A stretch of 64,000 bases of DNA from Octopus vulgaris (taxonomy: Eukaryota): positions 1,922,001 through 1,986,000 of the forward strand of contig OX597824.1 in the NCBI GenBank assembly GCA_951406725.2. Direction: 5' to 3'. The notes beneath the pieces were generated by a model. It had not been told where the DNA came from, searched no databases, and saw only the letters and a list, made by a program, of their open reading frames with translations. Of this stretch, positions 55,226 to 64,000 are shown one piece after another. The translations under genes were made by a program, and so were the position numbers. How positions within the stretch are numbered: the stretch's first letter is position 1; the number at the start of each line of letters is the position of its first letter.

Positions 55226-55570
55226 ATTGGGTTGTCCGGAAAGTTCGTGCCGATTTTTAAAGGAAAGGAAAAGGCCAATAAATACTTGCCATTACATTTT
55301 TAATCTACCAGTTTATGAACCATTTTGTTGCACAATGAGCCTACACCTTTCCTTTTTAACTTGAAAATACCCTCTTCCCGGAATTGAGGAAGAGGGTATT
55401 CCATGGCAAAGAATTCATCAAGGTATCATTTTACATCATCGAAGGAATTGACATTTTTACTATTAAGACTGTTCTGTAGAGACCTGAATAAGTGGAAATA
55501 AGTGGAATATGAAGGGTGGAGTAACACATCCCAGCCGAGCTGCAGCAATTTTTGTCTGGTTCCCAAAGCC
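55226..55570 (-). mobile_element. Mariner 3' fragment
   Basis: TIR-like ATTGGGTTGTCCGGAAAGTTCGTGCCGATTTT; minus peptide LLQLGWDVLLHPSYS..LFRSLQNSLNSK..NSFDDVK. Confidence 0.75.
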
Positions 55571-55857
55571 GAAAATGAACTTCCTTATCTTCCAATTTAA
55601 AGGGTTATCCTATTTTTTACCATGTTTTAAATTAAAAAGTAAGAAGTCCAAAACAATAGTTCACAAATTTTAAAAAGAAAAGTGAGAAGGGAAAAGGAAA
55701 CAAAAGGGAAGAAGAGAAAAAGCAAACAGTTCAATAAGAAAGACATAATAGAAAAAGAAAACAACAGTTCAACAAAAGATAGCAAAACATTCTTCTGGGT
55801 ATTCTGGTACTCCAAGCCCTTTGTTACTCCGATTAGAACCTGGACTGCTCCACTTCA

Positions 55858-56133
55858 AATACAGCTTTCCAATTATTGGTAAATTTAGTTGTAAAAATAT
55901 ACACTATTTACAAACAGCGAACAACTCATAGTGGCAGGATACATCACCAAACTATACTTCTCACAATGAGAAAAAAAATTCCGCTTCATGTGAACACTTG
56001 AAATACAGCTTTCCAATAATGGTAAATGTTGTAAAGATATACACTGTTAAAAAGTGAATAACGTTTGGTTGAAGGATACGGTACCAAACTGTACTGCTCG
56101 CAATGAGAAAAAAAATTTCTCTTAATGTGAACA
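55858..56133 (+). repeat. Diverged ~143-bp tandem duplication
   Basis: AAATACAGCTTTCCAAT..GGTAAAT..GGATAC..ACCAAACT..CAATGAGAAAAAAAATT..ATGTGAACA occurs twice. Confidence 0.8.
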
Positions 56134-56904
56134 AAATTGCTGAACCGCAAGTAGACCAACATCCTGAATCCAGTGAGGACTTCTTTTTTGTAAAAATATA
56201 TAAGCACAGACAACAACCGCCACTGGACCCAAGAGACAAACGTTTTACCTTGCAGCAGCTTCTTTTTGGCAGGGTAAACACTGCCGGCTATCTTCTTCAG
56301 TACACAACACAATGACGCATGCGTACACTGACAACAAAAACTCATGGGAAGTAGGTTAGCAAGCTACTTGCCACAAAGCCACTCCTGCGCCTATGATCAA
56401 CATTATTTCAATAAATCTTATTTTCGAATAAAATTTGCTAAATATTTTATGGAAAACTGCAATTAAAACTATGATGAACATTAGTTACAAACACACATAC
56501 ACATATTACATAGCGCGTATATTATTTATGAGTATATTTTCTTTCTCGTAGGCTTTTGAGCATCTCTGAATATCTTTTTATAATCAAAACTTTCTGTTGT
56601 GTATTATGGTTGCACAAATTCTAATATAGTTCCTATTATTGTTAAACTGACAACTATTGTAAAATGTGCTAAAATTTATTTATGATTATTGTGCATCAAT
56701 TTAATAATTTGCCCTTTGAATAAACTACTTCCAGAGTATTCTTGACCGTTGTTCGATTTTCAGCTTAGCCCCTTCATTTTTTCAGAAGCGTTCTTTGTTT
56801 ACGACAAGAAACACCAGAACGAATGTGCACTTCGCTGAAAATAACCAACACTGTCATGATGGGGCATGAATCTTCATGGCTAAAAATGTATAAGTTATTT
56901 GTAC

Positions 56905-57200
56905 CCCTTGCTTGATATAGACGCCCTGAGATGGGAGGAGGTCGAAAATGATTTTCCACACTGGAGACAAATACTGCAAAGGGGAATGAAGCGAGGGGAA
57001 GAAAAACAGGAACTCGCCACCAATGAAAAGTGCACTCGAGTCGGTAGAGAGTTCCTTGAAATATAGTTGCTGTACACGTGACTGCCACTCCCTTGTGGGC
57101 CTCTGTAGTCACAGCAGACGCTGCACCACCCTCAGCATCCGACAGAATTCCTTCGGGCGCAGATCTGTGGTCTCACGAGACCGACGGATGCCTACTACCT
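56905..57200 (+). mobile_element. 3' end of an RTE-type LINE
   Basis: LDIDALRWEEVENDFPHWRQILQRG, CCTRDCHSLVGLCSHSRRC, 3'-UTR hairpin GGTCTCACGAGACC followed by GACGGATGCCTACTAC. Confidence 0.75.
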
Positions 57201-58170
57201 TCAGCGATATACATGTGCCCGAAATAAATTCAAGAGGTCCTCGTTTAAATGATGCATTTGTAATCACGTGGTTCTAAGGAAAATATTGGTGCCATTAACC
57301 CTTAATTCTCCCAATGATTACAAACAGGCACTATATCCGCCCTTCACCTTTCTTCTAGATATTTCCAAACATACAGAATGGGTAGGAAAACACTTTTTGA
57401 GAAACTTTCTAATTTCTTTATGATAGAAAGCTTCCAAGATGTCTCCTTCCATCGAATCTGGACTGTTTATGGAAAACGAATTTCACACAAATACACCTAT
57501 CTGAAATATTTCTCCAAAAATTCTTCACTTTTTAATTTTAAACTTTTCTACTTATTTTTGTTCTTTTACCACGGCTCAAACAAAATGGAAGAATTCCACG
57601 TTAAACGTCATTTTTTCATGAGCATCTCACCTTTTTACAGAGTTATGGAATTGCATTATGTAATGTGTCCCTCCATGACCAAGCAGTTGTAATTTTCCGA
57701 GTTACGTATTGTAAAAAGTTGAACAGCGTAAATATACATTTGTAAACATTACATATAACATTAACACATTTATGTTTCCAATGATACTGAAGACAATAAA
57801 CCTGCATAATTTTAATAAATCAATCAGAATGTTTAGTGAAATCATTGAAACGGCAGTTATTGTCTATTTTTTAGGTAGCGGTTCAGTTTATGTTATATTG
57901 AAATGTTGTATTAGAAATTAGAAAGAAACGTAAAACGTTGGAAAAGAATTAATTTACATTCCAGCAGAATCAGTTTTAAAATTAAATTAAAACGTTTTCT
58001 AATATTTAGCATAAAACAAATATATACATACATGTGTGTGAGTATGTGTGGTCTGTGCTTATACGAACATATACATATGTAAATATATTCACGTCTGTAT
58101 ATCTATATAGCTATCTATCTCTCAGCCTGTTTGTATGTCTGTATATATTTATAAATAAAAACATGCACAC

Positions 58171-58240
<70 letters not shown>

Positions 58241-59489
58241 CTAGATGAAAATTACTAAACTTGCATTCTATCTATCCTTAGTTAATTTTCATGAATCGGC
58301 GTCCATAAATATTGTACAAAAATTAAACTAATATAATGTATCTGGAAATCCATGAAGTGCTCATAGAATGAATAGAAATATGCACGTCATTAACACCCAA
58401 TTGTCATATAAATGTTGAATATCACGATGGTTAAAGAGGAATGTTATTAAAATTATTGAAAACAATATCATATAGCGAAAAAATATTCCAAACTCGCTAA
58501 ACAGTCACGAATAATTTATTTTTAATGTATGCAGTGGAGGTTCATCAATGATTGATTCGCATTTGGGAGATACTACAGTTTGATGACATACAAATGTTAG
58601 CATGTCGGTGCATGCTTTTGAGTGCCCATTGTAATTCTTACACAATAAAATCCTTTTGCGCAGTCTAATACACACAAGAGTATGTGAAGAGTGTGGGTGT
58701 ATGTATCCGCTTAACATATCAACCGGCAGATATAAGCGCGAGTTAGCCATTATTACAAGTAAAATTTATGAACAATTAAAAAATTTTGTCAAATTGTAAT
58801 TGTGCATTTCAATCAATCCCATAACATTATCAGCATTACTGTAGATTATAAATCAATATTATTTTCCAATTATTGTTCAATCGCATATATTTCAGTTTGT
58901 GCATTTCCTTTTTTAAGATATAGCATATTTCCCTCCATAAGGTGCATAGAAACTACGGCAATTTAAAAAAAATAACTTTTGAGCTGTACAATCAGAATCC
59001 ATAGAACCCCTTTCTTTGTATAGCCTTGGTAAAACCTTTTGCAGTGAAAACCTTTAAATTTTACCTGAAGCAATAATGCAATGGTTGATTAGGGATGTAT
59101 TCAGAATTAGGAATGTATTCAGAATATATACTTTATAATTTATTTCAAAGATAATATTAAAGGAAGTGTACAATGATTACGAAATGCTTATTAAGCTACG
59201 AGAAATGAATTCCAATTCTGTATTATGATATTGCAAGCGATATTTTTCTACAACGTTAGGGGGTGGGCATGGAGAATACTCCAGAAAAACAGTGCAAGAT
59301 CAGAAACGACAATTCCTAATGAAACGACTCAATTTCTCAACCATTCCCAGCTGCTTTCCTTATACGAATAATAAACAGTTACGTAACTGCGATGCCTTTA
59401 AGCAGTGTTTACTTTTGCATGTGACATAAACTAAGAGCTCACCATCGTTACTAGGTATAGCTAATATGATCGTACAACATCCTACAACA

Positions 59490-60088
59490 TTACTGTGTCC
59501 TAGCATATGTACTGCTTCTTTTAGTTTTCGTATTTTCCAGTGGTGTTCTCTGTCTATCATTTTAACTTCATCCCACAGGGGAAGGTGGTTTCCTGCTTTC
59601 CATACATCATCAGCTATACCCAACTTTTCCACATCTCGTGTCACAGAGTTGCGATGTTCCTCTACCCTTATTTCGAGGGGATGGCATGTTTGCCCTTTGT
59701 ATAACCTACCACAACTGCATGGGATGGAGTACACAAAATCTTCGGTCATATTCTCTTCTATTGGTGGTTTTACTCGGAGAAAATATCTGCGAAGTGTTGT
59801 ATTAATTTTGAATACCGCCCTGATGTCATATGGACCGCATATCTTTTGTATCTTTTCCGAAAGAACTTTCACATAGGGTATACAGACTGTAGACAATCCA
59901 TAGGTTTCATCCTCTGTTCCCTTCCTAACTGGAGCGGATAGTATATTTTTGGGGGTTAGTTGTTGGTTAATAGATTGTTACTGAGCTTGATTATTTCTTC
60001 GTGGTGTGTATCAGGATCACTACTTATATTCTTTGCTCGATGTTTTAGGCACTGAGAAATCCCTCCCTTTACACTTTATGGATGGTGG
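59490..60088 (-). mobile_element. Penelope/Poseidon-type fragment (RT thumb + GIY-YIG)
   Basis: ORF 59360-59896: IPYVKVLSEKI, VYSIPCSCGRLYKGQT..L..RVEEH, RKLKEAVH; upstream HHP*SVK. Confidence 0.88.
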
Positions 60089-60340
60089 CATATAGCATAA
60101 TGGCTAAAAGCGCAGGCTACTAACCCCAAGATTGCGAGTTCAATTTCAGGCAAGGATAATAATGATAATGATAATATCAGCAAAAAATACCTTAGGAGTA
60201 AGAATTCAGGTTTGGGATAAAAATTCTACAGAGAACAACTGATGGAGTCTATAGAGTAAATCAGCCGAAACGTTGTGGTAAAAACAAACAAGATGGGGAC
60301 GCATATCCGTCAAATGTAAATAATATAAATAATGTAAATA
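60084..60340 (+). mobile_element. HHR-bearing tRNA-derived SINE with full head (older copy)
   Basis: GGTGGCATA TAGCATAATGG (A box) ... GAGTTCAATTTC (B box), (GATAAT)n, AAAAATACCTTAGGA, CTGATGG...TCAGCCGAAACGTTGTG, AACAAACAAGATG...ATATCCGTCAAATGTAAATAA. Confidence 0.8.
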
Positions 60341-60470
60341 ACGTACTAGAATGTATTTCCGTTATTTTGAAATTTAAAAGAGGTTTATGTGGACTTGACT
60401 AGTTACGGAGAGCTCAATATCAGTTTCCATGACATTTTCGGCTAAGTGTTCTCTGTGTACAAGTGTATGG

Positions 60471-60502
<32 letters not shown>

Positions 60503-60835
60503 GCGTTGGGGTTGGGGAGTGTGCATGAGTCTCTGTGTGTGTATGTATGCATATATATATATATGTATGTGTGTATATATATATATTTATGTATTTATAT
60601 GTATGTGTGTGTATATATACATGTATATATAAATCAACGAAGTATTATTAGCATTAAATAATGAAAGTACCAAGGCCAGGTCAGTGAAGGCGCTACAGTG
60701 TATTATCAATGTATAACAACAAATATATACTCACAAAAGTACAAACAGATTTATACACTAGTTTGGTATATACTTACAAATTGCTGACTCAATACATAAC
60801 CAGTTATCAAATTCTGTGTGCGTATATATATATAT

Positions 60836-60903
<68 letters not shown>

Positions 60904-60911
60904 AAGAGAGC

Positions 60912-60947
<36 letters not shown>

Positions 60948-61171
60948 GACAGAGAAACAGATAAAGACGACAGATATACAAACTGTCAAAAAGAGATGTG
61001 TAATATTTTTGCTATAACCATGTTTTAGCGTACAAAATCTGTCTAAAAGAGAAATGGAATAATTAATTCAGGATCGAATTATTTAACTCCCCACCCACAC
61101 GCATACACATGTGTCTATATGTATATATATATACATTTTGTGTGTGTGTATGTGTGTGTATGTATATATAA

Positions 61172-61204
<33 letters not shown>

Positions 61205-61967
61205 ATATATATACATATATGTTTGTGTTTATGTGTATATATAAATAAATACTTTTAATATCAACTGGTGCCCGAGCAAATATCATAAATATTCTTATTA
61301 AACCAATTTCGCTTACAAATATTTCTTCTTTTTTAAGATATGGGGGGGGGGAGGGCACTTCATGATGGATTTGGGAAATTAGTTTTGTGAAGAATATTTC
61401 ATGCGATATTCCACGTTCATAGAAGAAAAAAACCCAGCGGATACATTTATAGATTATCAGCGTGCATTTTGTAACAACTATGTGAAATGTGGATAATGAG
61501 ATACGCTCGCAGAAAAGCAACTCCGTAATTCTATGGAACAATAGCATATTTTCTTTCTTTTAACACTATTTTAATGTAAACGTTCCTTTCATGTGAGATC
61601 AAAGTGTGTGATACGACTCTCGGGTTATGAATGTTTTATGCTATTTCCCGCAGTAGCGTTGTCAAATAGACTGAATATTCCTTAGGTATGTGTTGAATTA
61701 TCATTGTTATCTTGAAATCCCGCTGTTAATGTGTGTTCAATGGAAATGAAGAAATTTGAAGACGAAGAAAGAAAATTAATGATGTAATATACTTTATCGA
61801 TCGCAAAAGGCATAACAATACCTTCTATAATACAATCTATTAGAGTAATACATTCACATATACACATATACATTGGCTTTATCTTTGAATATATATATAT
61901 ATATATAGTTAATCCAAAAAAGAAAACACAGAAAAAAAGAGAAAAAAACAGCAACGCGAGGACGTGG

Positions 61968-62014
<47 letters not shown>

Positions 62015-63021
62015 CATACATACATACATACAAACATACATACATACATACATACATACATACATACATACATACATACATACATACATACATACATACA
62101 TAAAGATACACAATCGCTCACGCATTCCATATACACCCAACTATAAACATAAATTTATATTATATAATATATCAGATAGCATGGACATAATATGTTTTCC
62201 ACCTTTTCACCTTTTTCTATGATATACATACGACAATTATCCTTTTTATTTGGAAAATCTCAACAATGTTTCGACTCCAGGTAAAAAAAAATATGCAAAC
62301 AAAACTTTTGAATTGAAATATGGAATTATTGAAACACCGTATAAATAGAATTATCTACATTGGCATGTAGTTGTATGGAACGGGAAAACAAATTCTTTGC
62401 TCTTAGGAACATGTGTAGGTGTGGAAGAAAATTAATTTTTCCATTAATATGTTTTTAATATTTTTAGTTTAAGTACCTGAGTGCACCGTAGATACATGTT
62501 CTGATCTGAGTTTTCTTAAACTTATATTGATGTTTAGATATACAGAATACAGGTTAACGTACAGGATTCCATCCAAATTTTGGCTAGGTTACTTGGCTAA
62601 CAACGCTGGCATCATCCTAAGATTATTGAAGAAGGGAAGATATTCAGCATGTTGAGTACTACAAATCTAATGTCGGACCTCAAAATTGTCAAAACGATTT
62701 TTTTTATTATGCAATCATTTGACCACTTGGGTCATATAATCTAATAGAAGAAAAAGAGCTAAAATAGCAAAATTATATGTTTAATGGGCCCCAAAATCAG
62801 AAATTATTAAAGGATTATTGCTCACCATTCAAAAAGCAAAGATTAGATATTAAGAATTTTGAAGGAGGAAAGATTGCTGGTGTTGCTGTTAAGAAGCTTG
62901 GAAGAAAGAACTTCTAGATTAAATTCCTGTTGAGTGTAATTAACGTTAATGATTACCACTGCAGTCTTTTCATGGGAATTCGGTTGACGGAAATTACGCG
63001 GAATGCTCGTAGCCGTGTGTA

Positions 63022-63438
63022 TACTCTTTACTCTTTTACTTGTTTCAGTCATTTGACTGCGGCCATGCTGGAGCACCGCCTTTAGTCGAGCAAATCGACC
63101 CCGGGACTTATTCTTTGTAAGCCCAGTACTTATTCTATCGGTTTCTTTTGCCGAACCGCTAAGTGACGGGGACGTAAACACACCAGCATAGGTTGTCAAG
63201 CAATGGTAGGGGGACAAACACACACACACAAACACACACACATACACATATATTTATATATATATACATATATACGACAGGCTTCTTTCAGTTTCCGTCT
63301 ACTAAATCAACTCACAAGGCATTGGTCAGCCCGGGGCTATAGCAGAAGACACTTGCCCAAGATGCCACGCAGTGGGACTGAACCCGGAATCATGTGTTTG
63401 GTTAGCAAGCTACTTACCACACAGTCACTCCTGCCCCT
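63022..63438 (-). mobile_element. Near full-length tRNA-derived SINE (31183 family)
   Basis: Highly similar to 31183-31549, with an additional internal segment. Confidence 0.9.
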
Positions 63439-63744
63439 ATGTGTACGTAAACATATTTTTCTTTACTAGTTTCAAAACTCGAGAGCTGCGGCCATGATGG
63501 GACACCGCCGTTAGCCTTGGTACACTTTCACTGCTTGAAACTTCCTCTGATATGTGACATATGTTTAATGAGGGAGTTTGATGTCACTGTCCTCATTTGC
63601 ATTCCCTGTCTCGAGGTAGGTTCAACCGCAACTCCCGACACGAGGAAATCCTGCTACACCTACCTCATACAGGTCTCCCATGCGTTTTCGGAGGATGTTG
63701 AAGAGCTGTGGACACTTGAAGCCCAAGCAGATGAAGTATTTGGT

Positions 63745-64000
63745 CCTGTATGGCAAAGGCTTGGACGACCTGAACCTGCTACCAGCAAAGGAAACACCGA
63801 TCGTATTCACTAGATGGTGATGAATGACAGGTGATAGACTATAAATCACATCGCCAATGCTATTAAAATATCCCGTAAGAGTGTTGAGAATATTCTGCAC
63901 AACGAACTTGACCTGACGAAGGTTTCTGCTGACTTCTAATTAAAAACGCGATGAGACGGATCACATCACGGGAAAATCTGGCATTGTTTGAGGTCTCCCA
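63745..64000 (+). mobile_element. Mariner fragment, same family as 25311; runs off the window
   Basis: GRPEPATSKGNTDRIH*MVMNDR...IANAI.IS..SVENILHNELDLTKVSA; DNA similar to 25720-25900. Confidence 0.75.

Overview
AT-rich, microsatellite-dense eukaryotic DNA with no recognisable host protein-coding exon. It is probably intronic or intergenic. The SINE families match ones I recall from octopus (coleoid cephalopod) genomes; this assignment is from memory, not a search. Most listed ORFs are translations of (TA)n, (CA)n or (TACA)n repeats. The real content is a transposon graveyard: Penelope-like elements (PLEs), R4/Dong, CR1, RTE and CRE LINE fragments, Tc1/mariner relics, a Helentron-type non-autonomous element, a hAT-type MITE and several tRNA-derived SINE families. 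The most striking signal is about a dozen minimal type I hammerhead-ribozyme (HHR) motifs from several unrelated sequence families. Many sit in inverted-repeat structures inside (TA)n tracts. They include (i) a tRNA-headed SINE carrying an HHR (two copies), (ii) an open GIY-YIG ORF enclosed by ~600-bp HHR-bearing inverted arms, and (iii) a short non-coding HHR element with a covarying U3-A8 core.
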